Source: Candidatus Kapaibacterium sp. (lineage in GTDB: Bacteria; Bacteroidota; Ignavibacteria; Kapaibacteriales; UBA2268). Taken from it: 64,000 bases of DNA. Where the stretch lies: positions 3,674 through 67,673 of the forward strand of contig JAPLFL010000101.1 in assembly GCA_026390695.1 (NCBI GenBank). The letters are read 5' to 3'. Shown piece by piece: positions 28,957-38,861 of this stretch. A model generated the notes under the pieces. It did no database searches. It saw only the letters and a list, made by a program, of their open reading frames with translations, and had not been told where the DNA came from. The first letter of the stretch is position 1; every line of letters begins with the position of its first letter. The translations under genes were made by a program, and so were the position numbers.

Positions 28957-29152
28957 AGGGGGAGATTATATTGGATATATTATAGCTACAATTAGTTAAG
29001 AAGGAATATTTCTTCATCCCCCCTTTGAAAAAGGGGGTTATGGGGAATTTCCAATTCTTCATTCTTTTGGAGAAATAGGTTAGGGTGATTTTCCAATTCT
29101 TCATTCTTTTGGAGAAATAGGTTATGGGGATTTTCCAATTCTTCATTCTACT
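28925..29152. repeat. Two CCCCCTTT-loop-AAAGGGGG hairpins followed by 2.5 tandem 42-bp units (TTCCAATTCTTCATTCTTTTGGAGAAATAGGTTATGGGGATT), between the MgtE_N/CBS gene and the Nramp-related gene.
   Basis: Direct reading. Confidence 0.8.
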
Positions 29153-29157
29153 ACTTT

Positions 29158-30408
29158 TTATGCTTTACGGCGGCGATTTTTCATTAAATTAAATACAACA
29201 TCGTCGATAATAACTATTCCAACCATTTTTTCTTCGGCGTCAACGACTGGCACAGCAAGTAGATTGTATTTAGATATAATTTCTCCTAATAAATCTATTT
29301 TGTCAGTGTCGTAAACTTTGGTTACATTGCGGTTCATTATAGATTTAAGTTGTGACATAGGATGAGAAATTATCAAATCTCTTAGTGAAACTGTTGCAAT
29401 TAGATTTTCATTTCTGTTTAATATATATAAATAGTAGATAGTATCGGATTCGGGGCGTAAAAGTCGTAGTTCATTGATTGTTTGTTCGATTGTCATTTCT
29501 TCCTCGAAGGAAATAAAGTCCGTAGCCATAAGCGAACCGACTGAATTATCGGGATATTCCATTAATTCACGAACTTCGGTGCTTGCTTGAGATTCCATCT
29601 CGCTTAAAATTTCTTCTGCTTTGTCTTCTTCCATTTCGTCAAGGATGTCAGCAACTTCGTCAGCGGGCATTTTTTCAAGTAAATCTGCAGCTTTAGATAT
29701 GTGAAGAGATTCAATTAAGTCCACCTGAGCGTCAGTTTCCATTTCCTCAAGCACATCAGCGGCTTTTTCTTCGTCCAGAGATGAGAAAAATGCAACTTGT
29801 GAGTTTCTGTCTAAGTCTTCTATAATATCGGCGATGTCCGAAGGATGCAGAGTTGATATTTTTTCCTGCGATTTGGATAAAATAAGTCCTCCGCGCTGGA
29901 AATCAATGGTAGCAACGTCGTCCCATAGGATTAATTTGCTGGATAACGAGACTCCAACGGGTTTAAGCAGCATTTTCATAGTCTTAGCAACAGATAAACG
30001 TCGCAATAATCCTTCTGTCCCGACGTCAACAGCAACTACAAACATGCCATCGGATAGATTAGCGAGCCTAAGATCATTCACACGCTCTAATTTTTTGCCG
30101 TCCATATCGACAATTTGCTTATCCATGACGTGTTTAGCAAGAAAATAGGTGTGTTCAGGGAGAATAATCATCTCAGCAATATGTTTGCAGACGACAGCAT
30201 AGTGCCCGTTAGTTTTAGTAACGGTAAATTCGTTAAAATCAATAGGAATAGCTCGTCTTCCGAGTTTTACCTTCAAGGCAATAACTTTAGGACGAATGAA
30301 AGAAAGATCGACAACGACATCTTGTAATTTGCCAATGACTTCTCCATTATCCGAAAGAACGCTCGATCCGAGAATTCTACTTAAATACAAAGTTGTAAAA
30401 ACAGCCAT
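29158..30408 (-). CDS. Soluble PRC-barrel / MgtE-N-domain / tandem-CBS protein (the cytoplasmic Mg2+-sensing module of MgtE), with no transmembrane domain.
   Basis: Acidic MgtE_N helical region (DLLEKMPADEVADILDEMEEDKAEEIL), CBS pair (LMATDFISF..., IMNRNVTKV...), and the ORF ends without hydrophobic helices. The start was chosen at the MAVF Met, which has a GGAGG 7 nt upstream. Confidence 0.7.
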   Translation of the reverse strand: MAVFTTLYLSRILGSSVLSDNGEVIGKLQDVVVDLSFIRPKVIALKVKLGRRAIPIDFNEFTVTKTNGHYAVVCKHIAEMIILPEHTYFLAKHVMDKQIVDMDGKKLERVNDLRLANLSDGMFVVAVDVGTEGLLRRLSVAKTMKMLLKPVGVSLSSKLILWDDVATIDFQRGGLILSKSQEKISTLHPSDIADIIEDLDRNSQVAFFSSLDEEKAADVLEEMETDAQVDLIESLHISKAADLLEKMPADEVADILDEMEEDKAEEILSEMESQASTEVRELMEYPDNSVGSLMATDFISFEEEMTIEQTINELRLLRPESDTIYYLYILNRNENLIATVSLRDLIISHPMSQLKSIMNRNVTKVYDTDKIDLLGEIISKYNLLAVPVVDAEEKMVGIVIIDDVVFNLMKNRRRKA

Positions 30409-30465
30409 AATATTGCCCTCCATTTTACGAACAGGGCAATAACAGCGAGGTTTGTGCCCTACTCG
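30409..30465 (-). promoter_or_regulatory. RBS-sequestering hairpin with an alternative upstream pairing partner in the 5' leader of the MgtE_N/CBS gene.
   Basis: In the mRNA, UAUUGCCCU (30441-30433) pairs either with AGGGCAAUA overlapping the SD (30419-30411) or with the upstream AGGGCA (~30459-30454). Confidence 0.45.
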
Positions 30466-30722
30466 TGATTATTCAGATTCGTTAAACCGCCAGGGTCGTC
30501 ATCCATATCACATCAAATAATTTATTTCAAAACACAATTAAAAAACACATACAAAATTACAACAATTTTGTAAAATAAATACCATAAATAGCAAGAAAAA
30601 ATAAATTATTTTCTAAAAATTAGTTGGTATATTCTATGATGAACTTTAATTTTAAATATATTTATAAAATAAGCAAAATAATTGCACGTCACTTATCTTT
30701 TATCATTTAATAATGTAATATA

Positions 30723-31286
30723 ATGCAAGAAATACTTCAAAATAACGAAACGCTCAACTTTGAGAAAGTTTGGCTGATGTTTCAAGAGACTGATCGTAGA
30801 ATGAAAGAGACTGATCGCCAGATGAAAGAGACTGATCGGAGATTGAAAAATCTAATGTCGAAAACCGACGGAATGGAAAAAAGATGGGGAAAGTTCGTTG
30901 AAGCATTAGTTGATGGAGCTTTGGTGAGGTTATTCAGAGAAATTGGAATTCAAGTTAACGGAACTTCCCAAAGGACTTATCGTTACTATGAGAATAAAAA
31001 ATATGAATTTGATTTGATTGCAAAAAATGGTGATGACCTTGTTATAGTTGAAGTTAAAACAACAATGGATGTAAATGATGTGAAACATTTTATTAATAAA
31101 ATAAAGAAATTTAAGTTAGTATTCAGCGAATATTCCAACAATAACATATTTGGAGCCGTTGCTTACATAAATCTAAATGGTGATTCAGACATTTTTGCAG
31201 AAAGACATGGCTTATATTTGATAAAAGCCACTGGAGAAAGTGCAAAATTAGTTAATAATGAAGGATTTAAACCAAGGAATTGGTGA
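30723..31286 (+). CDS. PD-(D/E)xK nuclease-fold protein (DUF3782-like) with an N-terminal ETDRRMK tandem heptad.
   Basis: YEFDLIA...DLVIVEVKT is a restriction-endonuclease-like D...(D/E)xK core; the N-terminal KETDRQMKETDRRLK repeat. Confidence 0.45.
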   Translation: MQEILQNNETLNFEKVWLMFQETDRRMKETDRQMKETDRRLKNLMSKTDGMEKRWGKFVEALVDGALVRLFREIGIQVNGTSQRTYRYYENKKYEFDLIAKNGDDLVIVEVKTTMDVNDVKHFINKIKKFKLVFSEYSNNNIFGAVAYINLNGDSDIFAERHGLYLIKATGESAKLVNNEGFKPRNW

Positions 31287-31553
31287 TTTGCTTCCCTTTT
31301 GGATATTCAAACCGATAGGTTATAAAAACATCTCTCAAGTCTATTAAAAATGATATAATTAACCCAAATTTTTCATTAAGATTTGATGAAATCGAAATAT
31401 ATCATATAAAAAATTGGGCTTACTTAAATCTCCCATAGAGACTGTCTCAATTTAATTAAATCCCTTTGAAAGAGGAGGTAGGGGGATTTATTAATGTCTT
31501 TATGAAAAAGAATGACCATTCCAACTTTATAACTCGTATTTCTAAATTATCTA

Positions 31554-33659
31554 TCACTCTTTCTTTTTCAGAAACGAAGATTTAAATTCATTCAGGAAAA
31601 ATTCCTGAGCATTAAACATTTCTTCCTCTTCCATTATTGTTCTTTTAAGATAAGAGCCATCGGAATTCAGATCCCATGCCTTAGAATTATCATTCCAATA
31701 AGTATCCAGAATTTCCTTCAATCTCAATTTGAATTGTTCATCGTGAATAGGGAACATTAATTCGACCCGTTTATGCAGATTCCTGCTCATCCAATCGGCA
31801 CTCGAAAGATAATATTCTTCATTACCGGCATTGTGGAAATAGCAAATTCTGCTGTGCTCCAAAAATCGACCAATGATACTGCGAACTTCAATATTCTCGC
31901 TAATACCTGGCAATCCCGGACGCAGACAGCAAATACCCCGCACTAAGAGTTTGATCTTCACTCCCTTCTGGGAAGCACGATATAATTCGGGAATAACCAT
32001 CCGATGAGCGATAGAATTCATCTTAGCAAAAATGAATCCTGGGTTCTCAGGTGTGTGAAGTTCGGTTTCCCTTCTGATGAGATCTATTAGCCGCTGTCTT
32101 AGGTTAATCGGGCCAACGTTGAAAGATTTCCATTCTTCATAATAAGAATAGCCTGTAAGATAATTAAATAGATGGATTGAGTCCATAACAAATTCCTCCC
32201 TTGCGGTAAATAAACCTATATCAGTATAAATTCTTGCAGTTATTTGATTATAGTTGCCCGTACCAAGATGCAGATAAGTCCTAAGCTTCTTGCCCTCTCG
32301 GCGAACAACCATTGCGATTTTACAATGTGTTTTTAACCCGATTACGCCATAGATAACGTTCACTCCAACGTTTTCGAGTTCTTTAGCCCAAATAATATTG
32401 TTCTCTTCATCAAAACGGGCTTTCAGCTCAACAAAAGCCATTACATCTTTACCATTCAGAGCAGCGCGTTTCAGTGTCTCCACAATATCAGAGTTCATTC
32501 CGGTCCTATAGAGAGTAATCTTTATAGCCAGTACATCCGGATCATCAGCAGACTGATTCATAAATTTGAGAGTACTGTTTGTGAAAGAATCGTATGGATG
32601 TTGCACCATTAAATCAGATTTTTTGATAACATTAAAAATATTAACATCTTCACCTTTAAGCTGTGGTAGTGTTCGGGTAAGGAATGGTTGATCTTTCAGA
32701 TGCTTCAAATCCAGTTTATAAAGAAAAAAGAAATCTCCAAGATTCATTGACCGGTTTATAAAATAAATATCCGAATCTTCAAGCTCAAGTGATTTTTTAA
32801 GTATTTTAAGAATATTTTTAGGCATTCTTGTGCTCACTTCAAGTCTGACAGCGGCTTTCCCCCAACGACGGCGTTTTATCTGCTCGGAAATTTCGTTCAT
32901 CAGATCATCGGCTTCATCATCAACAATATCTATATCGGCATCACGAGTAACCCGAAAAGTATTTGCCGCTTTAATTTTCAATCCGGGGAAAAGATAAGAT
33001 GCAAATTGTTTTATCATCTGTTCCATAAGAACAAAGTGGTTGCCGTTTTTCCTGTTTATTCTAACAAAGCGTGGTGTCTTGGTGGATAACTCAACAAAAG
33101 CAATTTTTTTCTCGGAATTTTTTTCATTATTTTTTAAAGCAAAAACTATGTTTAAGTTTCTGTTCTTCAGTTTTGGAAACGGATGACCGGGATCAAGTGT
33201 TCGTGGAGTTAAAAGTGGAAAAACTGAGGATAAGAAATACTCCTCAAGAAATATTTTTTCTTTATCAGTCAGATCTTCTATATTGAGAATTTCAACTCCC
33301 TCTGCAGCCAGAGCCGGAAGAATAGTATCGTTCAGAATTATTTCCTGTTTTTCATACAGAGGGACTAATTCTTTGCGAATTTTCTCAAGCTGTTCTTCAG
33401 GGGTTTTCCCGTCATAAGAAATTTCAACAATGTCCGCTGCAACTTGATTTTTCAGTCCCGAAACACGAATCATGAAAAATTCGTCAAGATTTGTCGAAAC
33501 GATAATAGTAAATTTTAGTCGCTCCAGCAGTGGATGACTAAGGTTTTCCGCTTCACTGAGCACTCTTTTATTGAACTCAATAAAGCTCAGCTCTCGGTTA
33601 AAATAAAGCTCAGGATTGTCCAAATCCCCATAGCCGCTATATGTAAATTGATCGTCCAC
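31554..33659 (-). CDS. ppk: Polyphosphate kinase 1.
   Basis: N-terminal YFNRELSFIEFNKRVLSEA, PLD-like HxK catalytic regions, ~700 aa length. Confidence 0.9.
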   Translation of the reverse strand: MDDQFTYSGYGDLDNPELYFNRELSFIEFNKRVLSEAENLSHPLLERLKFTIIVSTNLDEFFMIRVSGLKNQVAADIVEISYDGKTPEEQLEKIRKELVPLYEKQEIILNDTILPALAAEGVEILNIEDLTDKEKIFLEEYFLSSVFPLLTPRTLDPGHPFPKLKNRNLNIVFALKNNEKNSEKKIAFVELSTKTPRFVRINRKNGNHFVLMEQMIKQFASYLFPGLKIKAANTFRVTRDADIDIVDDEADDLMNEISEQIKRRRWGKAAVRLEVSTRMPKNILKILKKSLELEDSDIYFINRSMNLGDFFFLYKLDLKHLKDQPFLTRTLPQLKGEDVNIFNVIKKSDLMVQHPYDSFTNSTLKFMNQSADDPDVLAIKITLYRTGMNSDIVETLKRAALNGKDVMAFVELKARFDEENNIIWAKELENVGVNVIYGVIGLKTHCKIAMVVRREGKKLRTYLHLGTGNYNQITARIYTDIGLFTAREEFVMDSIHLFNYLTGYSYYEEWKSFNVGPINLRQRLIDLIRRETELHTPENPGFIFAKMNSIAHRMVIPELYRASQKGVKIKLLVRGICCLRPGLPGISENIEVRSIIGRFLEHSRICYFHNAGNEEYYLSSADWMSRNLHKRVELMFPIHDEQFKLRLKEILDTYWNDNSKAWDLNSDGSYLKRTIMEEEEMFNAQEFFLNEFKSSFLKKKE

Positions 33660-33787
33660 GTTACTCCCATAATTACATTTATTTAATATACAATCCTTAT
33701 ACCAAGTTTTTTACTTTTTGAATGTTTTTTACTTTGATCAATAATTTTTTTTTGTTAAATTGCATTTTTAAAACCGTTAAGCAATAG

Positions 33788-34144
33788 ATGGGGGGATCTG
33801 GTTTAATGGAAGATTTGAATGAATCTTTTCGTGAAATAAACACTCAAACTGAAAATACTGAAGAAAATAAAAGACTTGAACTGAGCCGTTGGACATGGTT
33901 TATGCTGATTTCTATTATTGCGGTTTTGACTGTTTTATACGTAAATAGTGTGTTTAAAGTCAATTCAATTTTAGCAGATATTAACCAGCAGGAAATGTTG
34001 CTCGAATCATTGAAAAATAATAACTATTTACTAATATCACAGGCAGAAAAATTGCAATCAGCTGATAGAATTTGTAAAATAGCAGAAGCCTCTCTCGGTC
34101 TTGTCAGAAATGATAAAATTCCTGAAGAACTGCGTCAGAAGTAA
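33788..34144 (+). CDS. Putative FtsL-like cell-division protein (single TM plus coiled coil), immediately upstream of ftsI.
   Basis: One TM (WTWFMLISIIAVLTVLYV) then a heptad-rich segment; position before the PBP gene. Confidence 0.4.
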   Translation: MGGSGLMEDLNESFREINTQTENTEENKRLELSRWTWFMLISIIAVLTVLYVNSVFKVNSILADINQQEMLLESLKNNNYLLISQAEKLQSADRICKIAEASLGLVRNDKIPEELRQK

Positions 34145-34265
34145 GCTTGGAAAGTTATGAGTTATAAATATAAGTTATGAATAAGAAATTGAAAAAAAAA
34201 AATCAATTTTTTATAATATTAATAACCTATAACAAATAACTTAAAACTCATAAATACAAAATCAA

Positions 34266-36395
34266 ATGGAAAACGATAAAGAAAACGAAATAAGCCAAAA
34301 CAATCAGCCACAAGCTGAAACGCCGCGAAAACTCTGGAAATTCTGGCTGATGCTGGTTTTTATAAATATCATTTTTCTTGCTGTAATCGTAAAACTATTT
34401 ATTGTTCAGGTTATTAATTCAGATCAATATAAAGAAGCTGCGAAAAAGCAGCATGAGTCAAAGGTTACGCTCACTGCAAAACGTGGTAATATTTACGATA
34501 GAAATGGCAATTTATTAGCATCCTCATTGCAGAAAATCACCGTAGTGGTCGATCCGAGCATACTCAACGATGATAAAATGCGAAAGACTTTAGATAAAAT
34601 CTGTACATTCCTTTCTAACGAAACGGGTGTACCAAAGGAAAAGTATATAGATAAAATCCAAAATTCGGATAAATCCTATCTCATTTTAGCCCGTGGCATT
34701 GATCCATGGAAATCTTCAAAGTTAAAAGAAATTGATGATCGTTGTGTTTTTTTAATAAGCGAGCCAAAAAGGAACTATCCTTTTGCTAATGCTGTGTCTC
34801 AGTTAATCGGATTTACAGATAATGATAATGTTGGGAAAATCGGACTGGAAAAGAGCTGGGACAGTGTTTTGCAAGGTAAGGACGGTTTTATTATAATGAG
34901 TCGTGATGCAATCGGAAAACTTCATTTTGCCGCCGATTTACCCTATCAACCTGCTATGGATGGCAATTCCTTATACCTCACTATTGACATCAAATATCAA
35001 AGAGTGTTGGAATATGAGCTTCAGCATGGAGTTTTAAAAACTAATTCAAGTTCCGGTGCAGCTATTGCCCTTGATCCATCAACAGGTGAAATTCTGGCAA
35101 TGGCTTCTTATCCCGATTTTGATCCCAATAATATAAATTCCGAAGCAATTCCAAATATGAAGAACCGCGCGATTACAGATGTGTATGAACCCGGCTCTAC
35201 ATTTAAAGGTATAACAGCAGCAGCGGCTCTCGAAGAGAATCTCTTTTCGCCTGATGATATTTTGGACGGGCATAACGGGTCTATTGATTATGGACAATAC
35301 ACGATTACCGATGTACATCCGATCGGAAGAGTTACTTTTCGTGAGGCATTGGAGCAATCCAGCAATGTCATTTTTTCTTCCGTTGGTTATACCATACCGG
35401 ATAACGATTTCTATAAATATATCCGTAACTTCGGATTTGGTCTTAATCTCGGCATTGATTTACCCGGAGAATCTGCAGGCAGACTGCCAAAACCAGATAA
35501 CTTTACAGCAGCCATAAAAAGATTTATGGGCTTCGGGTATGGAATTATGGCAACACCTCTTCAAGTCTTATGCGCTTACGGTGCAATAGCCAACCGAGGT
35601 GATCTGATGCGACCTTATGTGGTAAAGAAAGCCGTGAAATCCAATGGGCAGTTACTCTTTGAAACCCGGGCAGAAAAAATCAGAAAAGTAATAACTGAAA
35701 AAACAGCGAAAACTCTGACTGATATGTTAAGTGGAGTTGTGAGTCGAGGAACTGGAAAATCTGCAATATTAGATAAAATATCAGTCGCTGGTAAAACCGG
35801 AACAACTAAATTAGTAGTAAACGGAGCTTATTCGGATAACTATATAGCTACTTTTGTTGGCTTCTATCCCGCAGAAAAACCTGAAATAACATTAATCGTT
35901 GTACTGGACAAACCAATCGGAGCTTATTACGCTGGTTCGACTGCAGCGCCAATATTTAGAAATATTTGTGCAAGATTTTTAAATCTTAAGCAACTTGATA
36001 ATCAAGTTAAAAATGACTCTCAGTCGGGAGATTCAACGAATTTACAAAGAAATCTGCGTTTTATTCCTGAAATTAACGGATTGGATTATACAAAAGCAGA
36101 AAACTTATTGAAACAATATGGAATTAATCTTGAGTCAGTCGATAAATCTTCCATAATTTTCGACAGAAAAATAAAATCAGGTGAGAAACTCGAATCAGGC
36201 TCATTTATAAGAGTCGAAACTGATACTAATTCTATCAAAAAACCAGACGTAACAGGGCTGTCACTGCGCCATGCCATTAGACTATTACAAAATTCAGGTT
36301 ATAAAGTTAAGGTAAACGGATATGGATTAGTTAAACGTCAGGAATGGTCAGATAAAGCAAGTGCTGGCAAGGAATGTACGATTTACTGCAACTGA
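34266..36395 (+). CDS. ftsI: Penicillin-binding protein / peptidoglycan D,D-transpeptidase (FtsI/PBP2-class) with C-terminal PASTA domains.
   Basis: N-terminal TM; STFK, SSN and KTGT motifs; about two PASTA-like repeats at the C-terminus. Confidence 0.85.
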   Translation: MENDKENEISQNNQPQAETPRKLWKFWLMLVFINIIFLAVIVKLFIVQVINSDQYKEAAKKQHESKVTLTAKRGNIYDRNGNLLASSLQKITVVVDPSILNDDKMRKTLDKICTFLSNETGVPKEKYIDKIQNSDKSYLILARGIDPWKSSKLKEIDDRCVFLISEPKRNYPFANAVSQLIGFTDNDNVGKIGLEKSWDSVLQGKDGFIIMSRDAIGKLHFAADLPYQPAMDGNSLYLTIDIKYQRVLEYELQHGVLKTNSSSGAAIALDPSTGEILAMASYPDFDPNNINSEAIPNMKNRAITDVYEPGSTFKGITAAAALEENLFSPDDILDGHNGSIDYGQYTITDVHPIGRVTFREALEQSSNVIFSSVGYTIPDNDFYKYIRNFGFGLNLGIDLPGESAGRLPKPDNFTAAIKRFMGFGYGIMATPLQVLCAYGAIANRGDLMRPYVVKKAVKSNGQLLFETRAEKIRKVITEKTAKTLTDMLSGVVSRGTGKSAILDKISVAGKTGTTKLVVNGAYSDNYIATFVGFYPAEKPEITLIVVLDKPIGAYYAGSTAAPIFRNICARFLNLKQLDNQVKNDSQSGDSTNLQRNLRFIPEINGLDYTKAENLLKQYGINLESVDKSSIIFDRKIKSGEKLESGSFIRVETDTNSIKKPDVTGLSLRHAIRLLQNSGYKVKVNGYGLVKRQEWSDKASAGKECTIYCN

Positions 36396-36468
36396 GCAAT
36401 TGAGTTTGTTAAGTTTATAAAGTAAATGACTGATTCTTATAAATTAATTTTATTTCTACCCATGTCCC

Positions 36469-38619
36469 TTATCTTATCACTACGAATTTTTTAACTTCTG
36501 AGCGCTCCGAAGCAGTTAATTTTATAAAATACACACCTTGCTCATAATTCATATACCCCTCATTCAGACTGATTAACCAAGAATTTGAACCTGCAACTAA
36601 ATAACCGGAATAAACTGATTGCATGAATTTCCCATCGGCACTAAAAATCTCTATTTTTGTGTTGGCTGTATTTGATAACGATAAAGTTATATTCAAATAG
36701 TCACTCGCAGGATTAGGTGAGCAGTTAATCGAAAATTCTGGTTGAATATTATTCTCTTCAATACCGGTCAAAAGAACATTTCCAGTAATACCTTTACTAT
36801 TTGCATAGAAGCTGCCACTCTTACTTGTAACCAGTCCATTGGCTTTTACCATGTAGTAGCTCTTCCCGTTATAAGTATAATTATCTATAAATGTCGTATC
36901 TGTTACGACTTTGGTATTGACTTTTGTAAATGGTCCTTTTGCATCTTTTGAACGGTAAATATTATAAGTGTATGATAATGAATCGGGCTTTGTCCATTTT
37001 AATTCGACCAATCCTTTCCCCGGTTGAACAATGGATAAATTCCTGATACAATTTATTCCTCCATTAGCCGGAGCAGTGTATATTTTCAAAGTCGGATCAC
37101 CAATGAGAGCAACATGGACTTGCTTGTTTCCAACAATATAAGCAACTCCACCCGGATATTTTTTATCATCAGGATAAACAATTGTATGCAGATAGTCAGA
37201 CATATTGTTTTGAGTTAGTTTGGCAGAATATCCAATAGTTTCACCCATAGCCATATCGTGGAAATACCAATGAGGGCGACCAGCCCAGCAGCTTGTTAGG
37301 ACAGATGGATTAGAAGCCACAAGTGAGCGCATAATATCATTCTGATAATTCCAGTCACCGAAATAAGAGCCAAATAGCATTGTAAAAACTCCTTTGACAG
37401 GTTTAGAGGCAAAATCAGCACTTACACCTATTCCACCGCAAGAGTTAGGTGAACCGCCGCCACAGCCATAATACCAAAGAGCATTATTTGTTGAAAGATC
37501 AGTGAAAATTTTACCGCTTGTTACATTATTTATTCCAACCAATTGACCGAAATTTCTCCAACCTGATGCTGCAAAACCAAATCCATAAAACCCGAAATTA
37601 TCATCGACTACTCCACGGAAATTTACAGCCAAAGCACCTGTTCGATAATCATGATCTTTATTCAAATATGAGCGTAAGAGTTCTATTTCATTTGTCTTTA
37701 ATCCGTTTATCATGTCAGTTAAGCCATAGAAATCAACTCTGCCAACTTCGAGACTAACGTCACCGCTAAGATCGGTCTGATCGAACTTTCCATCTCCAAC
37801 AACATTTTTATTATCATTCGAAGAAGTTCCAGAACTAATCGCATAATCGTCAGTCCAGAAATAATCATCAAGATAACCATAATAAAGATCAGTTGGCCAT
37901 GCACCACGATGATCTCCGTGGCCATCCGGATTGAGAATACCGGAATAAGGTACAGCCACTCTGCCCAAAATAAAAATTGATCTAAGCGAATTATCTAAAT
38001 TATATTCATCATTAACTATAGCTTTTGTATTTATTACCGCAGCACTATCAAAGCCCGTGCAGCGCTTCGCTCCGCGAACAACCACTGCCCAGCCTTCTGC
38101 AACAAGATCATCAATTAATCTGTTAATTTCGGTACTTAAAGGTGCAAGCATTGTGGAATCAATCAAAAGTAAAACCTTACCGATATTATCCCGGACAGGT
38201 ATTTCTATACCACAAGTTAAATAGGTGTTTCCATCAATCTTCTGAGCTAAATTACTATTATCGATAATACTCGGATATACTCCGTAAGTATGGGAGCGGA
38301 TCCAGTATTCGTAAAGAGTTCCTTTTTTAACTGTAGAATCAGTGAATGAAACAGTTAAAGGATTAGAAATTTTTGCAATTGTCATGCCCCAATCACTAAA
38401 TCCCTTGACTCTGCGATAGATGTCATAGCTGCGAACACTATCAACTTTGAGCCACTCAATAATGATTCTGGGACTTGGAGCAGTCAGTCCACGAGCCTGA
38501 GCAACAATCGAAACATCGATTGGCACGATATTCTTGTCTGCTGCATTTATAGAAAAATAACTTAAATAAAAAAGTGCTATTGCGCTTATCAAGAATTTTT
38601 CGAATAGATGTTTTTTCAT
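36469..38619 (-). CDS. T9SS-secreted protein with a possible C25 (gingipain)-like peptidase domain.
   Basis: Signal peptide; NPDGHGDHRGAW (cf. the HG..W His region of C25) and a later GCGGG; type-A T9SS CTD (NCSPNPASDYLNITL...YFIKL). Confidence 0.6.
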   Translation of the reverse strand: MKKHLFEKFLISAIALFYLSYFSINAADKNIVPIDVSIVAQARGLTAPSPRIIIEWLKVDSVRSYDIYRRVKGFSDWGMTIAKISNPLTVSFTDSTVKKGTLYEYWIRSHTYGVYPSIIDNSNLAQKIDGNTYLTCGIEIPVRDNIGKVLLLIDSTMLAPLSTEINRLIDDLVAEGWAVVVRGAKRCTGFDSAAVINTKAIVNDEYNLDNSLRSIFILGRVAVPYSGILNPDGHGDHRGAWPTDLYYGYLDDYFWTDDYAISSGTSSNDNKNVVGDGKFDQTDLSGDVSLEVGRVDFYGLTDMINGLKTNEIELLRSYLNKDHDYRTGALAVNFRGVVDDNFGFYGFGFAASGWRNFGQLVGINNVTSGKIFTDLSTNNALWYYGCGGGSPNSCGGIGVSADFASKPVKGVFTMLFGSYFGDWNYQNDIMRSLVASNPSVLTSCWAGRPHWYFHDMAMGETIGYSAKLTQNNMSDYLHTIVYPDDKKYPGGVAYIVGNKQVHVALIGDPTLKIYTAPANGGINCIRNLSIVQPGKGLVELKWTKPDSLSYTYNIYRSKDAKGPFTKVNTKVVTDTTFIDNYTYNGKSYYMVKANGLVTSKSGSFYANSKGITGNVLLTGIEENNIQPEFSINCSPNPASDYLNITLSLSNTANTKIEIFSADGKFMQSVYSGYLVAGSNSWLISLNEGYMNYEQGVYFIKLTASERSEVKKFVVIR

Positions 38620-38861
38620 GATTTACTCATTAAATGTGAAAACTTACCAAATATTAATTTAATAGAATTTATTGATAAATTAGGCATATAATAAAAGATT
38701 TAATTATTAATAATAAACAATAATTTGAAAGTATATATGTCTTATATTTTGTCAGAAGTTACATCCTCATATCGTAAAAGATGCGGAAATCTACTTCTGA
38801 TGCTGTTTTTGAGACAAACTTTTGATTGCGCATATTTGAAATCATAATTAAATAATACTGA

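Noticed and set aside
30409-30720. M-box (ykoK) Mg2+ riboswitch upstream of the MgtE-like gene.
   Set aside because: I could not find the M-box conserved stretches (GGUGAGG..., CCCAAAAAUG...), so only a generic RBS-sequestering switch is claimed.
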